Source of the DNA: an uncultured Methanosarcinales archaeon
Lineage (GTDB): Archaea; Nanobdellota; Nanobdellia; Woesearchaeales; BS150m-G63
Length of the DNA stretch: 64,000 bases
Assembly: GCA_964630685.1 (NCBI GenBank)
Contig: CAZVVW010000002.1
Location: forward strand, 25,559 to 89,558
Direction: 5' to 3'
Part shown: piece after piece, positions 31,007-42,331 of the stretch
Numbering within the stretch: position 1 is the first letter of the stretch
How the letters are laid out: every line of letters starts with the position of its first letter
Made by a program: the position numbers and the translations under genes
Notes under the pieces: model-generated
What the model saw: the letters and a program-made list of their open reading frames with translations, nothing else
What the model was told of the DNA's origin: nothing
The model's database searches: none

Positions 31007-31189
31007 ATGTTTGATTCAGCGTGGTTTAAGTTTAAGGGATTTGTAAAAGAATGTGCTAGAGTGTTAAGGATAACTAGAAAACCATCTAATATGGAGTTTA
31101 AGACAATTGTTAAAGTGTCTGGATTAGGTATGCTTCTTATTGGATTTATTGGATTTGTAATACAAGTAATATATAAATTATTTTTTTAG
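31007..31189 (+). CDS. secE: Protein translocase subunit SecE / Sec61-gamma
   Basis: 60 aa with a single C-terminal TM; the ECxRVLRITRKP motif; conserved position between ftsZ and spt5. Confidence 0.75.
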   Translation: MFDSAWFKFKGFVKECARVLRITRKPSNMEFKTIVKVSGLGMLLIGFIGFVIQVIYKLFF

Positions 31190-31197
31190 GTGAAAAA

Positions 31198-31725
31198 ATG
31201 ACAGAAGAAGAAACAAATAACTCAGAAAGTAAGCAAAATGTATCTCAAGAAGATAAAAAAAGCCATATTTTTGCATTAAAGACAACTGCAAATAGAGAAG
31301 ACCAAGTAGTAGATTTTATTGGATCCAATGCTGCTAAAAAGAAACTTGAAGTTTATAGTGTAGTAAGACCACATGGAATGAGGGGATATATTTTTGTTGA
31401 AGCTGCTAGACGAATAGATGCAGAACAAGCGGCATTTAGAATACCTTATGCTGGAAAGATTTTGCCGAGTGAAGTTAATTATGAAGAAATAGAACATATG
31501 CTCGAACAAGTTAAGCGTGAAGTTAATATTGAGAAGAATGATGTTGTTGAGATTATTAGCGGACCATTTAAAGGGGAAAACGCTAAAGTATCAAGAATCG
31601 ATAAAGTTAAGGAAGATGTTGTTGTTGAATTAGTTGAAGCAGCAGTTCCAATTCCAATTACTGTTAAATTAGATGCTGTTAAAGTCATAAGACGAGATAC
31701 AGATGAAACAGGGGAGGGTGAATAG
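31198..31725 (+). CDS. spt5: Transcription elongation factor Spt5 (NusG homologue)
   Basis: NGN domain (IFALKTTANREDQV) and KOW (GPFKGENAKV). Conserved secE-spt5-L11 order. Confidence 0.8.
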   Translation: MTEEETNNSESKQNVSQEDKKSHIFALKTTANREDQVVDFIGSNAAKKKLEVYSVVRPHGMRGYIFVEAARRIDAEQAAFRIPYAGKILPSEVNYEEIEHMLEQVKREVNIEKNDVVEIISGPFKGENAKVSRIDKVKEDVVVELVEAAVPIPITVKLDAVKVIRRDTDETGEGE

Positions 31726-31730
31726 AAAAA

Positions 31731-32498
31731 ATGGCACAAGAAACAATTGAAATCCTTATTGAAGGTGGAAAAGCAAGCGCAGCACCACCATTAGGTCCTG
31801 CTTTAGGTCCTATGGGTGTTAATATTGGTGAAGTTGTTAATACAATTAATAAAAAAACAGCTACATTTAAAGGAATGCAAGTACCTGTTAAAGTTATAAT
31901 TGATACTGAAACTAAAGCTTATGAAATTGAGATTGGTACTCCTCCAGCTAGTTCTCTTATTAAGAAAGAAGCAGGAGTTAAGAAAGGAGCAGCTAATCCC
32001 TTAACTGATAAAGTTGCAGATTTGAAAATAGAGCAATTAATTAAAATTGCAAAGATGAAAGAAACCGATTTACTTGGTAAAACTTTGAAGGAGAAGATAA
32101 GAGAAATTGTAGGAACTTGTCAATCCATGGGAATTCTTGTTGAAGGAGTTCTTGCTCATGACGCTTTTAAGTTAATTGAAGAAGGTAAATTTGATAAAGA
32201 AATCAGGGAAGAGAAAACAGAAATTAGTGCAGAAGAAATGAAAGAATTAGAAGAAGAGAGAGCTAGATTGGCTGAAGAATTGAAAGAAAGACGAGAAGAA
32301 TTCTTAGCTAAAGCAAAAGAGATTGTTGGAGCTATGCAAGGAAAAGAATCTAGTGAAATAAAAGCTAAATTGAAAGAAGCAGAATTGCCTGAAGAAATTA
32401 TTAAAGAAGTAATGCCTGCTGAAGAAGAGAAACCTGCTGAAGGCGGTGAAAAACCTGCTGAAGGCGGTGAAAAACCTGAAGGCGAGAAAAAGGATTAG
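31731..32498 (+). CDS. rpl11: Ribosomal protein L11 with an unusual ~90-aa charged/coiled C-terminal extension
   Basis: N-terminal PPLGPALGPMGVNIGEVV L11 signature to ...GTCQSMGILVEG (~165 aa), then a K/E-rich extension ending EEKPAEGGEKPAEGGEKPEGEKKD. Confidence 0.8.
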   Translation: MAQETIEILIEGGKASAAPPLGPALGPMGVNIGEVVNTINKKTATFKGMQVPVKVIIDTETKAYEIEIGTPPASSLIKKEAGVKKGAANPLTDKVADLKIEQLIKIAKMKETDLLGKTLKEKIREIVGTCQSMGILVEGVLAHDAFKLIEEGKFDKEIREEKTEISAEEMKELEEERARLAEELKERREEFLAKAKEIVGAMQGKESSEIKAKLKEAELPEEIIKEVMPAEEEKPAEGGEKPAEGGEKPEGEKKD

Positions 32499-32536
32499 AA
32501 ATCCTTTGTTTTTTATTTTTTATTTGATTGTCTTAG

Positions 32537-32941
32537 AGTAATACATTAGAAACCCACGAGAAAAAGCAAGGAATCTTTTTTGATGGACAAGTGTTTGATG
32601 CTTACACTTTTGTTTCTGATTTAATACAAAAAGCTGAAAAAGAGATTATTTTAATTGATAATTTTATTGATGACTCTGTCTTAACATTGTTTTCTAAAGT
32701 TAATAAAAATGTGAAAATAAAAATGTATACTAAAAATATCTCTAAACAACTAAAATTAGATGTTGAAAAATTCAATGAGCAGTATGGTCGGATTATTCTT
32801 AAAGAGTTTAATAAAAACCATGATAGGTTCTTAATCATTGATTCAGAAGTTTATCATTTTGGTGCTTCTCTTAAAGATCTTGGTAAGAAATGGTTTGCTT
32901 TCTCTAAGTTTGAAAAAAAAATCTATAAATATATTAAATGA
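32537..32941 (+). pseudogene. Open reading frame with no upstream ATG (the track starts at GTG 32591); possible 5'-truncated gene remnant
   Basis: The frame is open from 32537 with no in-frame ATG. It contains an H-x-R-x4-D-x5-GAS segment (HDRFLIIDSEVYHFGASLKDLGKK). It interrupts the expected L11-L1-L10-L12 gene order. Confidence 0.3.
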
Positions 32942-32952
32942 ATTAAAATCCT

Positions 32953-33546
32953 TTACCTAGAAGCATCAGCTTGTCGTTCTACTTCTTGCTTTTTTCTTAA
33001 AGAATTTGAATTAGGGTTTAAAGAATAAGCTGCGATTATCTCATCAGCTAAAGCAGTTTCTGCCTTGATTTTTGCGTTGAATGTTTTATGGTATGCTCCT
33101 TGAGCCATGTTTTTTAATGCTACGTCCACCCTTCTTTGTGGTGCACACTCAACTGCTCTAGGATATCTTGCTCCACCATATTCAATTGTAACAATTGCTT
33201 CTCTTGGTGCTGCATGTTCTACAGCTTTTACAAATATTTTAATTGGATTTTCTTTTGTCCTTTTTTCAATTATTTCAAAAGCATCTTCTACAATTCTGTA
33301 AGCATTATTTGATTTTCCTGTTATATGACCGCTACTTTTAAAATGTTTTTTCCCTTTATGTCCTGTAACCATTAATTTATTGATTAATCTTTCAACTATA
33401 AATGCTTTTGATTTATGAAATCTTTTTCCAGCATATCTTGCACCAGTTCTAGGTACAATTCTCGGTTGAAGATTTACAACATCAATTAATCCTGGATCTT
33501 CTATTTTAATCCCTTCAACATCCCATCTATCAAACGCCCGAATCAT
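32953..33546 (-). CDS. rps7: Ribosomal protein S7
   Basis: The [20 protein letters not shown]...AI C-terminal region is typical of S7/S5e. Confidence 0.9.
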   Translation of the reverse strand: MIRAFDRWDVEGIKIEDPGLIDVVNLQPRIVPRTGARYAGKRFHKSKAFIVERLINKLMVTGHKGKKHFKSSGHITGKSNNAYRIVEDAFEIIEKRTKENPIKIFVKAVEHAAPREAIVTIEYGGARYPRAVECAPQRRVDVALKNMAQGAYHKTFNAKIKAETALADEIIAAYSLNPNSNSLRKKQEVERQADASR

Positions 33547-33980
33547 TTTCTAGCTTTATCTACTTTCCCACCTAATAGTGCTTTTAAAGATTGATCATTA
33601 ACTTTTAAAATTTGCCACCTAACTCCAGGAATATCTCCTTTTGCTCTACCCATTTTTCCACCGATACATTCAATAATAACTTCATCGTGCTCATCAATAA
33701 GTTTTGTGGCTCCATCTCCAGGCATGAATGCAGTTACTTGTTTTCCATTTTTAGTTAATTGCACCCTTGCACATTTTCTCATAGCAGAGTTTGGTTGTTT
33801 TGCTTCTAATTGAACCTTTTCAATAACTATTCCTTTAGCTTGAGAAGCCCCACCTAATGGATCTGATTTTTTCTTTAAACCTAAAGCTCTCTTGATGTAT
33901 TTTTTATGCATCCATCTAGATTTATTTCGTCTTTTGTTTAGCTTTTTTGCTGCTCCAAGTCCTGTTGATTTTTTTGCCAT
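33543..33980 (-). CDS. rps12: Ribosomal protein S12
   Basis: [28 protein letters not shown] is the S12/S23e signature. Confidence 0.9.
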   Translation of the reverse strand: MAKKSTGLGAAKKLNKRRNKSRWMHKKYIKRALGLKKKSDPLGGASQAKGIVIEKVQLEAKQPNSAMRKCARVQLTKNGKQVTAFMPGDGATKLIDEHDEVIIECIGGKMGRAKGDIPGVRWQILKVNDQSLKALLGGKVDKARK

Positions 33981-33989
33981 GTTATTATT

Positions 33990-34406
33990 TTACTTTACAC
34001 TTATTTTATCAAATTTAAAGTATCTCCTCAAGGTATCTTCTATTTTAAGTAGATTTTGGGAGTTTCTACCTATTAATAAACCTTTTGTTTTAACATCTTG
34101 CCCTGTTAAAATCAAGTCTTCATTGACTTTTTTAATTTGGACTTTATTGAAAGGATATATTAAATTTTGTGTAAATTTGACGATATCATCATCAAATTCA
34201 ATAATTTTGATCTTTTTGTTTAATTTTGTTTCTAATCTTTTTACATTCATGCCTTTTTTACCAATCGCTTTCCCTGCTTGGTTTGGCCTAACTACAAAAG
34301 AGATCATATTTTGATCAATTATACAATCTTTTGGATTTGTATGGGTTATATTTTCAAATAAAGTCATATATTTTATATGAGCCATATCAAACTTTATTCT
34401 TACCAT
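33990..34406 (-). CDS. nusA: Archaeal NusA (two KH domains)
   Basis: 138 aa with a KH-type IGKKGMNVKRLE motif. Conserved position between L30e and S12. Confidence 0.75.
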   Translation of the reverse strand: MVRIKFDMAHIKYMTLFENITHTNPKDCIIDQNMISFVVRPNQAGKAIGKKGMNVKRLETKLNKKIKIIEFDDDIVKFTQNLIYPFNKVQIKKVNEDLILTGQDVKTKGLLIGRNSQNLLKIEDTLRRYFKFDKISVK

Positions 34407-34673
34407 TTAGTTTAGAACACCAATCATAGAGATTGAAAAGGGTTTTTTACAAATCACGCCAAGTTCTTTGTTAGGTATATCTACATTTACTAATTCCACT
34501 TTAGATATCTTGGCATATTTTTCTAAATCTGTTTGAACATCTTCTTTGCAATTTGAAGATAAAAAGATTTTTTTTAATTTGCCTTGTTTCATTAATTTAG
34601 TAGTTTGTTCTGCACCTAAAACTACTTTACCGTCTTTCAATGTGTCCTTTACTTCTTTAATTACATCAGTCAT
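34407..34673 (-). CDS. rpl30e: Ribosomal protein L30e
   Basis: 88 aa; [28 protein letters not shown] matches the L30e/L7Ae fold; conserved operon position. Confidence 0.8.
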   Translation of the reverse strand: MTDVIKEVKDTLKDGKVVLGAEQTTKLMKQGKLKKIFLSSNCKEDVQTDLEKYAKISKVELVNVDIPNKELGVICKKPFSISMIGVLN

Positions 34674-35821
34674 TTTCTTACCTTAGTTACTAAATCAGGT
34701 AGTCCAGTTCCAACTGGTACTGGTTGATTTAACATAACATTTTCTATTACCGAATTTAATGTATCTAATTCGCCAGTTATTCCAGCGTTACAAATATGTT
34801 TTATTGGTGTTTCAAAACTAGCTCTTGCAAGAATTGATGTTTTTTCTTTTACTACACCATATCTTGTAACTCCTTTTACGTTTCCAGTGAAACACATAGT
34901 ATCTGCTATTAATGTGATATGTCTAATATCAATATTTAAACCCTGGCTTTCTATAACTTTTGAAATTTCATTAATAATTGATTGACGAGCAGCTTCTATA
35001 CCTAAGATAGAACTAACTTCAAAAATATCATTAGATGTAGTTCTTGATTCATCAACATATTTTAATGCTAATACTTTTTTCAAATTAGAACCAGCACTTA
35101 TAATTACAAATTCATTTCCTCTTTTTACTGGTAATACTTGTTCAATTCCTTTGATTCCTTGTACAACTACTTCTTTTATGTTTTCTTTTATTTCATAAAG
35201 TTTTTTCATTGCTCCATCTTCTTTAGATTTTAAAGTGATTAAATTTTCTTTTTGTTTTACTAAACAATTAGTTATTTTTTTAGAAGCTTTGATTAATCCT
35301 TTTATATCGTCTAATTTTATATCCATTTCTTTTATTAATTTTGTATTGATTTTAATTTCAACAGTTTGATCAGCAACACTTATTGCGAATTCTGAAATCA
35401 ATTCTTTTAATTTAGTTTCTTTAATTGACCATGCTATTTTTTTAATATCTTTTCCTTTGTTATAAGGAGATTTTAAGTAGATTTCCATCATAGGTGTTTT
35501 AATGGTTTTTCTAGCATCAAGAATTTCTACAATTCTTGGAAGACCCATTGTTACGTTCATTTCCGCAACTCCTGCAAAATGGAATGTATTTAAAGTCATC
35601 TGAGTTCCTGGTTCACCTACAGATTCTGCTGCAATTAACCCTACAGATTCTCCTGGGTCTACTTTAGATTCAATATATTCTAAATATACTGCTTCCATTA
35701 TTTTAGTTAGTTTAGCTGAAGAAACTCCTTTAGGTAAATTTTCTTCTATATCTATTAAAATACTTTCAGGCAGTAAATCTTTGTATTTTTTGATTATTTT
35801 ATCCATTTTATATGTGTTCAA
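34670..35821 (-). CDS. rpoA2: DNA-directed RNA polymerase subunit A''
   Basis: [29 protein letters not shown] trigger-loop region. Confidence 0.9.
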   Translation of the reverse strand: MNTYKMDKIIKKYKDLLPESILIDIEENLPKGVSSAKLTKIMEAVYLEYIESKVDPGESVGLIAAESVGEPGTQMTLNTFHFAGVAEMNVTMGLPRIVEILDARKTIKTPMMEIYLKSPYNKGKDIKKIAWSIKETKLKELISEFAISVADQTVEIKINTKLIKEMDIKLDDIKGLIKASKKITNCLVKQKENLITLKSKEDGAMKKLYEIKENIKEVVVQGIKGIEQVLPVKRGNEFVIISAGSNLKKVLALKYVDESRTTSNDIFEVSSILGIEAARQSIINEISKVIESQGLNIDIRHITLIADTMCFTGNVKGVTRYGVVKEKTSILARASFETPIKHICNAGITGELDTLNSVIENVMLNQPVPVGTGLPDLVTKVRK

Positions 35822-38555
35822 TTATTCTTTTTACATTTATTTTACTATTTTCACTTTTTGAAACATCAATTCCATCTTCACCATAGATGAATTGGATTAT
35901 ATTGTTTGTTGCATCTCTAACAGTTTCATCATATTCTACTTTTAAGTCTTGTAGTGCATTAGATAATCTTCTATATAGATAACCAGATTTTGGAGTTCTC
36001 AATGCAGTATCCATTAAAGAATCCCTTCCAGTCATTGCAGCAAAGAAAAATTCGTGAGGTGCAAGTCCAGTCTTAAAACTATTTCTGATAAATCCATGTG
36101 CTTCTGGACTCAAATCATTTCTTTTGAAACAAGACAAAGTTCTTGCGTTAAATCCTTTATCAATTCTTTTACCCCTCATTGCTTGTTGTCCTACACATGC
36201 AGTCATTTGTGCTATGTTAATTATATTTCCTCTTGCGCCAGAATTGGCCATAATTATAATTGGTACATTTTTATTCATAGAAGCTATAACTAATTCTCCC
36301 ACTATATTTCTTGATTTGTTTAATTTTTCTAATATTTTTAATTCAAGAGTTTCTTTCATAGTTTTTCCTGGGAAAACTTCTAATTTCTTTTCATAATATT
36401 GTTGAATTAATTCTTGAACTTCTTTTTCTGATTCTTGAATCGTTTTTTCTACTTTTTCACTTATTTCAGGCAATAAATCAGTATCAGAAATTGCTGTAGT
36501 AAATCCGTGTCTTAGAAGAGTTTCAAGACCTAATCTAAATATTTTTGCAATCATATCTACTGTTTTATCTGCACCATATTTTTTATGTAAACTTCTAAGC
36601 ATCACACCAGAACCTCCTCCCCCAATAGTTTTACTATCTATAGTTCCTTGGATTACATATCCGTTTTTGATTTTAACTTGGTCTCCTTCTTTTGATTTTC
36701 CAGTAAAATTGAAATTTTCTGGGAGGATTGTTGAATAAAGATCACGCCCACATAATTCTTGTTTGTTGGATAATCGAGATACATCATATACACCTATAGA
36801 GTAAAGCATTTGTATAGCATCTTCTCGTTTTAATTTTAATTTTTTACTTAAAATGTAATTTCCAGTTACTGCTCCTTGTATTGCTCCCATAATAGATAGG
36901 CCATATCTTGGACTGATTAATTGAGTTTGAACTTGCATTAATATTTTAGCTTCTGCTCTTGCTTCTTCTGTTTGTGGAATGTGAAGATTCATCTCGTCCC
37001 CATCATAATCTGCGTTATATGGTGCAGCTACACAAGGGTTCATCCTAAACGTTCTATTAGGTAGCACTTTTATTTTATGGCACATCATAGACATTCTGTG
37101 TAGGGAAGGTTGCCTATTGAATATAGCAACATCTCCGTCGATTAAATGTCTTTCTACTTGATAATATAAAGATAATTCTTCTAAAATCTCTTCTTTTGTT
37201 TCATCTGTAATTTTCTTTTTCTTTCCAGCCGGAGTTATAACATAATTTGCTCCAGGATAAACTTCAGGTCCTTTTTTTACAAATTCTTTTAAATAATCCA
37301 CATTCCATTTTGTTACCCTTTCAGGAACTGTGAGGTGCATTGCAATTTTGAATGGTACCCCTACTTCGTTTAATTCTAGGCTGGGATCTGGAGAAATCGC
37401 ACTTCTTGCTGAAAAATTAGTTCGTCTTCCAGCTAAATTATGTCTTATACGTCCTTCTTTGCTTTTAATACGTCCGGCAAGTGTTTTTAATGGTTGTCCT
37501 GAACGATGTCTTGCAGGAGGTAATTGTGCCACTGAATTATTAAAAAATGTAGTAATATGATATTGGAGTAAGTCCCACAAATCTTCAATTATGATTTCTG
37601 GTGCTCCAGCATTTATGTTTTCAAATAATCTTTGATTTATTCTCACAATATCTCCTAATTTGTGAGTTAAATCATCTTCTGAACGCTCTCCAGATTCTAA
37701 AGTAATACTTGGTCTAATAGTTACAGGAGGAATACCTAATATTGTTAATACCATCCATTCAGGTCTTGCTGAAGCTGGATTGAAACCAAAAATTTCAATA
37801 TCTTCATCAAGTATTTTTTCTAATCTTGTTCTGATTTCAATAGGTGTTAATTTTTTTTCATTTTCAACATAAGTTATTGGTTTTTCTATCGAAACTTTTT
37901 GTTGCCTTGCTTTACAATGAGGACATTTATTTACAGTTTTAGTTTTTTTGATTATTTCTTTTATTCTACTTCTTCTTGCCAATACTCCAAATTCTTTTTC
38001 TATATCATCTAATTCTCCCAAGTGTTTTTTGATAACTTCTTCAGGAATTAAGATCCTATTACAAGAACGACAAGTACTTCTTAATAAGTCTAGAATTTCT
38101 CCTACAAAATTTATATGTGTTACAGGTCTTGCTAATTCAATATATCCAAAATGACCTAAACATTCTTTTAATTTTGAACCACAAGTTTTACATCTTAATC
38201 CAGGATCAATAACGCCCATTCTTATGTCCATTAAACCACCATCAACAGGATAACCTTCCCTATCATATAATTCAGGAGTAACAATTTTGGCAGCTGACAT
38301 TTTTTGAATTATTTTTGGACTTAATAATCCAAATTTAATTGCTCCTACTTTTTTATGAGTATACATTTCAAAGAATTCTGGTTCTTTAATTTGTTTTTCT
38401 TTCTTTTCTACGATAGTTTCTTTTTTTTCAGCTTTTTCTTTGCTTTCTTTTTTAACAGTAGATTTTTTTTCTTTAGTTACAGCTATTTTAGGTGTTTTAG
38501 TTACCTTAATTGCTTTCTTTTCAGTTTTTTCTTTTTCTGTTTTTTTAGCTGGCAT
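35808..38555 (-). CDS. rpoA1: DNA-directed RNA polymerase subunit A' with a ~55-aa Lys/Glu-rich N-terminal extension
   Basis: Zinc ribbon CKTCG...C, the [10 protein letters not shown] catalytic loop, the bridge helix. Confidence 0.9.
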   Translation of the reverse strand: MPAKKTEKEKTEKKAIKVTKTPKIAVTKEKKSTVKKESKEKAEKKETIVEKKEKQIKEPEFFEMYTHKKVGAIKFGLLSPKIIQKMSAAKIVTPELYDREGYPVDGGLMDIRMGVIDPGLRCKTCGSKLKECLGHFGYIELARPVTHINFVGEILDLLRSTCRSCNRILIPEEVIKKHLGELDDIEKEFGVLARRSRIKEIIKKTKTVNKCPHCKARQQKVSIEKPITYVENEKKLTPIEIRTRLEKILDEDIEIFGFNPASARPEWMVLTILGIPPVTIRPSITLESGERSEDDLTHKLGDIVRINQRLFENINAGAPEIIIEDLWDLLQYHITTFFNNSVAQLPPARHRSGQPLKTLAGRIKSKEGRIRHNLAGRRTNFSARSAISPDPSLELNEVGVPFKIAMHLTVPERVTKWNVDYLKEFVKKGPEVYPGANYVITPAGKKKKITDETKEEILEELSLYYQVERHLIDGDVAIFNRQPSLHRMSMMCHKIKVLPNRTFRMNPCVAAPYNADYDGDEMNLHIPQTEEARAEAKILMQVQTQLISPRYGLSIMGAIQGAVTGNYILSKKLKLKREDAIQMLYSIGVYDVSRLSNKQELCGRDLYSTILPENFNFTGKSKEGDQVKIKNGYVIQGTIDSKTIGGGGSGVMLRSLHKKYGADKTVDMIAKIFRLGLETLLRHGFTTAISDTDLLPEISEKVEKTIQESEKEVQELIQQYYEKKLEVFPGKTMKETLELKILEKLNKSRNIVGELVIASMNKNVPIIIMANSGARGNIINIAQMTACVGQQAMRGKRIDKGFNARTLSCFKRNDLSPEAHGFIRNSFKTGLAPHEFFFAAMTGRDSLMDTALRTPKSGYLYRRLSNALQDLKVEYDETVRDATNNIIQFIYGEDGIDVSKSENSKINVKRIIEHI

Positions 38556-38559
38556 AGTC

Positions 38560-40359
38560 TTAGTATTTTGCTTTTAATATCATTTTTGGATAAATCCCCA
38601 TACTTTTGAATTCATCAAGTATTAATTTGAATGCATAACTCAATTCAACGTTATTAATATCTGAATCACCACAAACTTTACAATAATAATGATTCTTATA
38701 TTCGTCATAGATTGCAGTTAATCCACATTTTTCACAAACAGGGATTAAAGTTCTATCAGAATCAAATCTTTCTTTGAGCAATAGAGAAGCACCATGTGCT
38801 ATAAAAGTGTCTTTCTCCATCTCTCCTAATCTTAATCCACCTTCTTTTGCTCTACCTTCTGTTGGTTGTCTTGTTAATAATTGAACAGGTCCTAAAGCAC
38901 GACTGTGCATTTTGTTAGAGACCATATGTTTTAATCTTAAGTAATACATGCTTCCAATGTATATTTTTGCTTTTATTTGTTTTCCTGTTTTTGGATTATA
39001 CATCGTTTCTGTGCCATTTTCTCTAAATCCAAGAGAAAGTAACTCATTTCTAATTTCGTTTTGAGGTTCTGAATTAAAAGTAGTACCATCAATATAACGT
39101 CCAGATAAAGATCCTGTTTTTCCAGCAACTAATTCAATTAAATGAGAAATAGTCATTCTGCTTGGAATACCGTGAGGTGAGAAAATTAAATCTGGGGTGA
39201 TTCCAGATGCTGTAAATGGAACATCTGATTGTGGTAAAGTTAACCCAATAATACCTTTTTGACCATGTCTGGAAGTAAATTTATCCCCTATTTCAGGTAT
39301 TTTTTGGTCTCTAACCCTTACTTGGACCATTTTGTTTCCTTCTTCATTTTCACTTAAAAGAACCAAATCTACAACACCTTTTTCTCCATGTTTTAATGCA
39401 ATTGAACTTTCCCTTCTAGTGCTTAATGCTAAATTATATTCATCTAAACTACTTAAGAATCTAGGTGGTGATGTTTTTCCAATAACAACATCTCCTTCTC
39501 TAATTTCTGCTTCTGGATAAATTATTCCATCATCTTCAAGCTGACGATAACTTTTTTCAGTTCTATAACCTTTTGTTTCTTTATCTGGAATTCCAATTTC
39601 ATCCATTAGACCTCCACTATATCTCAATTCTCCTGCTAAAATTGGTCTATAATAAGAACTTCTTGAAAGTCCTCTTTCAATGGATGCTTTATTTATTACT
39701 ATAGCGTCATCCATATTGTAACCCTTATAATCAATAACTGCAACAATAATATTTTGTCCAGATGGGTGTTTATCATAATTTGCTAAATTGTGCATTACAC
39801 TTTGGGTAATAGGCATTTGTGGTTGATGGAGTACATTTACGTCCATATCCATTCTTATTGCAAAATTTGAAGCATATAAACCAAGTGCTTGTTTTTGATT
39901 CTTAGAACCTACACTTAATCTTGCTCCTGGACTGAAATTACCATAAGGTACCAATGAAGTACATAAACTTAACATGCTTAATGGAGCTATTTCTAAATGA
40001 GTGTTTTCTGGAGTTAATTCTTCTTCAGTAAAAGAGACTAAAGAATTTTCTTCTTCTGCAGCATCTAAATATTCAATGACTCCTTGTTTAATAAGATCCG
40101 AAAAAGATATTTTATTTTCACTTAATTGATTGATATGTGCTTCAGTTAGTAAAGGTTTGCCTTCTTTAACCACTATTAAAGGTCTTCTTACCCTTCCTTT
40201 TGAATTTTCAACGTAAACATTTCCATCAAATTGATCATACATCACATTTAGATTAGAACTTAATTTATTATTTCTTCTTTCTTCTACTATTTTATTACGA
40301 AATTCTTCAGGGTTATCTACATTCCCTACATATTTTCCATTTAAGTATATTTCTGACAT
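38560..40359 (-). CDS. rpoB1: DNA-directed RNA polymerase subunit B' (C-terminal half of split RpoB)
   Basis: SRHGQKG and GEMEKD motifs; C-terminal zinc ribbon CEKCG...CKVCG. Confidence 0.9.
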   Translation of the reverse strand: MSEIYLNGKYVGNVDNPEEFRNKIVEERRNNKLSSNLNVMYDQFDGNVYVENSKGRVRRPLIVVKEGKPLLTEAHINQLSENKISFSDLIKQGVIEYLDAAEEENSLVSFTEEELTPENTHLEIAPLSMLSLCTSLVPYGNFSPGARLSVGSKNQKQALGLYASNFAIRMDMDVNVLHQPQMPITQSVMHNLANYDKHPSGQNIIVAVIDYKGYNMDDAIVINKASIERGLSRSSYYRPILAGELRYSGGLMDEIGIPDKETKGYRTEKSYRQLEDDGIIYPEAEIREGDVVIGKTSPPRFLSSLDEYNLALSTRRESSIALKHGEKGVVDLVLLSENEEGNKMVQVRVRDQKIPEIGDKFTSRHGQKGIIGLTLPQSDVPFTASGITPDLIFSPHGIPSRMTISHLIELVAGKTGSLSGRYIDGTTFNSEPQNEIRNELLSLGFRENGTETMYNPKTGKQIKAKIYIGSMYYLRLKHMVSNKMHSRALGPVQLLTRQPTEGRAKEGGLRLGEMEKDTFIAHGASLLLKERFDSDRTLIPVCEKCGLTAIYDEYKNHYYCKVCGDSDINNVELSYAFKLILDEFKSMGIYPKMILKAKY

Positions 40360-40360
40360 T

Positions 40361-41845
40361 TTATTTAATTGATTCTAAACCTAATTTTTTTAGTGATTCT
40401 AATAATCCTTCTTCATTTTCCTTTTGAGATACGCTTGCTAATAAAGCTAAATTTTTTCTTAAACCAATGTTAGTTCCTTCAGGAGTTTCTACTGGTCCAA
40501 GTCTTCCTGCACAAGTACAATGAAGTTCTCTTGCTTCAAAATTTTCTTGCGTTGCTTCTAATGGAGAAACTACTCTTTGTAAATGTGATAATGTATCAAT
40601 AAAATTAATTCTCGCCATTCTTTGACTTATTCCTTTTCTTCCTCCAACCCAAGATCCTGTTGCCATTGAAGAATAAATTCTTGATGTAAGAAGTTTATCT
40701 CTTATTATTACTTTGATGGAGGGGAATTTTCCCCTTTTTACAATTCTTTGGAAATTATAAAGTAAATCCCCAATTAATACTTTAAGATTTACCCTGAATA
40801 AATCTGCTAGTAAATCTCCGCTTAGTTTTAATCTTTTATTCATATAATGGTCTTTATAATCCAAATCTAATTTTCCAGAGGATACTAAGATATATTTTTT
40901 TAATAATTTACATAAATTATATGCTTTGTAAATTCTATCTTCTTTTTTAGTTCCTAAATGGGGTAAAAGATATCTATCTAAGATTTCTCTTGCCCTTTCT
41001 ATTCTAATTTCTTTAGGTTGGGCAATTGGGATTTTTTTTGCTATGAAATCTAAAGCATCGTCTTCAGTTTTAATGTTTGTAAATTCGTAAAGATTTACGA
41101 GAACTTCATCAAGATCTCCATCTTTAGAAATAAATCCAATTATTTCTTCATCTTTTAGTAAACCAAGAGCTTTGATGATCACAGCTATGGGAACTTTTTT
41201 GACTCTAGTGAATGTCAAATAAAATAAATTATCTTTTAATTTTTCAATTGTATGGGGTATTTTAAAAGAACCATGTTCTGAAAATAATTTTCCACTATAT
41301 TTAGAAACCCCTAATTTATTTTTACTAACAAGAAGCTTATTTGATGCTAAATCTTCAATGTTTACAAGAACTTTTTCAGTTCCATTTACTATAAAATATC
41401 CCCCAGGATCATCTGGATCTTCACCTTTTTCAATTAATTGTTTTCTATCTAAATTGTAAATGTTACAATACTTGCTTTTTAACATGATAGGTAATGTACC
41501 AATTTGACTTTCAAAACTATCTCTTTGAACTCCATTTACATATGTACTTACATCAATATGTAATGGAGCAGAATAAGTTAATTTTCTTAATCTTGCTTCA
41601 ATAGGGTAAATTTCTCTTTTTGAACCATCTGCCTCAGTTATTGTGGGTTTTCCAACCCAAATTTTATTAAATCTTATTTTATATTCATCAACGTTTTGAG
41701 GAATTATTGTTGGTTCTATTTCTTTATTTTCTTCAATAATTGTTTGTAATTCTTCTTCAATAAATTGATTAAAAGATTCTATGTTAGATTCTACAAATCC
41801 TTGTTCTTCAAAATATTTGCTAATTATCGTTTTAGTTTTAATCAT
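40361..41845 (-). CDS. rpoB2: DNA-directed RNA polymerase subunit B'' (N-terminal part of split RpoB)
   Basis: RpoB N-terminal protrusion/lobe homology; it ends where B' begins 1 nt downstream. Confidence 0.85.
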   Translation of the reverse strand: MIKTKTIISKYFEEQGFVESNIESFNQFIEEELQTIIEENKEIEPTIIPQNVDEYKIRFNKIWVGKPTITEADGSKREIYPIEARLRKLTYSAPLHIDVSTYVNGVQRDSFESQIGTLPIMLKSKYCNIYNLDRKQLIEKGEDPDDPGGYFIVNGTEKVLVNIEDLASNKLLVSKNKLGVSKYSGKLFSEHGSFKIPHTIEKLKDNLFYLTFTRVKKVPIAVIIKALGLLKDEEIIGFISKDGDLDEVLVNLYEFTNIKTEDDALDFIAKKIPIAQPKEIRIERAREILDRYLLPHLGTKKEDRIYKAYNLCKLLKKYILVSSGKLDLDYKDHYMNKRLKLSGDLLADLFRVNLKVLIGDLLYNFQRIVKRGKFPSIKVIIRDKLLTSRIYSSMATGSWVGGRKGISQRMARINFIDTLSHLQRVVSPLEATQENFEARELHCTCAGRLGPVETPEGTNIGLRKNLALLASVSQKENEEGLLESLKKLGLESIK

Positions 41846-42080
41846 TTACAACAACCCTATAAAAATAAGAAGTACCTGCAGATTGACTCGCTCTAGTTAT
41901 TTTTATAATATCTCCTTCTTTAGTTTTAAGATTTTCTATTGATGTGTCTTTTATTGATATTCTGGGTAAATTTCCTGTAGAAGCATTGTATTTTTTTAAT
42001 AATTTTTCTTTTTCTTTTTCATTTAATTTAGTATGAATTGGAACGAGAACGTGTTTTGATGTGTCAAAGTTTTTTTTCAT
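41838..42080 (-). CDS. rpoH: DNA-directed RNA polymerase subunit H
   Basis: 80 aa with a HVLVPIH...L motif; first gene of the rpoH-B-A operon. Confidence 0.8.
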   Translation of the reverse strand: MKKNFDTSKHVLVPIHTKLNEKEKEKLLKKYNASTGNLPRISIKDTSIENLKTKEGDIIKITRASQSAGTSYFYRVVVND

Positions 42081-42157
42081 TTTAGGTAGTGGTCTGACAA
42101 TGTTTTTTTGTTGTCTTTATATGTTTTTTGGTTTAGTGATGAATTTTGGATTATAAC

Positions 42158-42274
42158 TACAGTTTCGGCTGGGGTTTGCAAAATTTGTTTTGCTAATCCT
42201 TGAAGACGAAGTCTTCTTGAGCTACCGATAAGCGATATAAATCAATTGCGTTGATTTAATCCCTTTACATACCC
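42158..42274. repeat. Repeat copy A (ctacagtttcggctg ... agcgatataaatcaa-N5-ttgatttaatcccttt ... ttgattaatt) in the rpoH operon leader
   Basis: Shares roughly 60 nt of near-identical flanks with copy B at 42769..42874. Contains the TTTATAT box and the GAAGAC hairpin. Confidence 0.7.
42198..42221 (-). promoter_or_regulatory. Conserved hairpin motif CAAGAAGAC-TTC-GTCTTCAAGG (UUCG-type tetraloop), ~120 nt upstream of rpoH (copy 1 of 3)
   Basis: Read on the minus strand: CTCAAGAAGACTTCGTCTTCAAGGATT. Confidence 0.5.
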
Positions 42275-42331
42275 ATTGATTAATTACTTTTTTTTAAAAG
42301 TAATCGTGTTTTGTTTGTTTTTGATTATAAA

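Noticed and set aside
38355-38609. Phe-rich 84-aa ORF at the 5' end of rpoA'
   Set aside because: Antisense to the Lys-rich (AAA/GAA) N-terminal extension of RpoA'; a compositional artefact.
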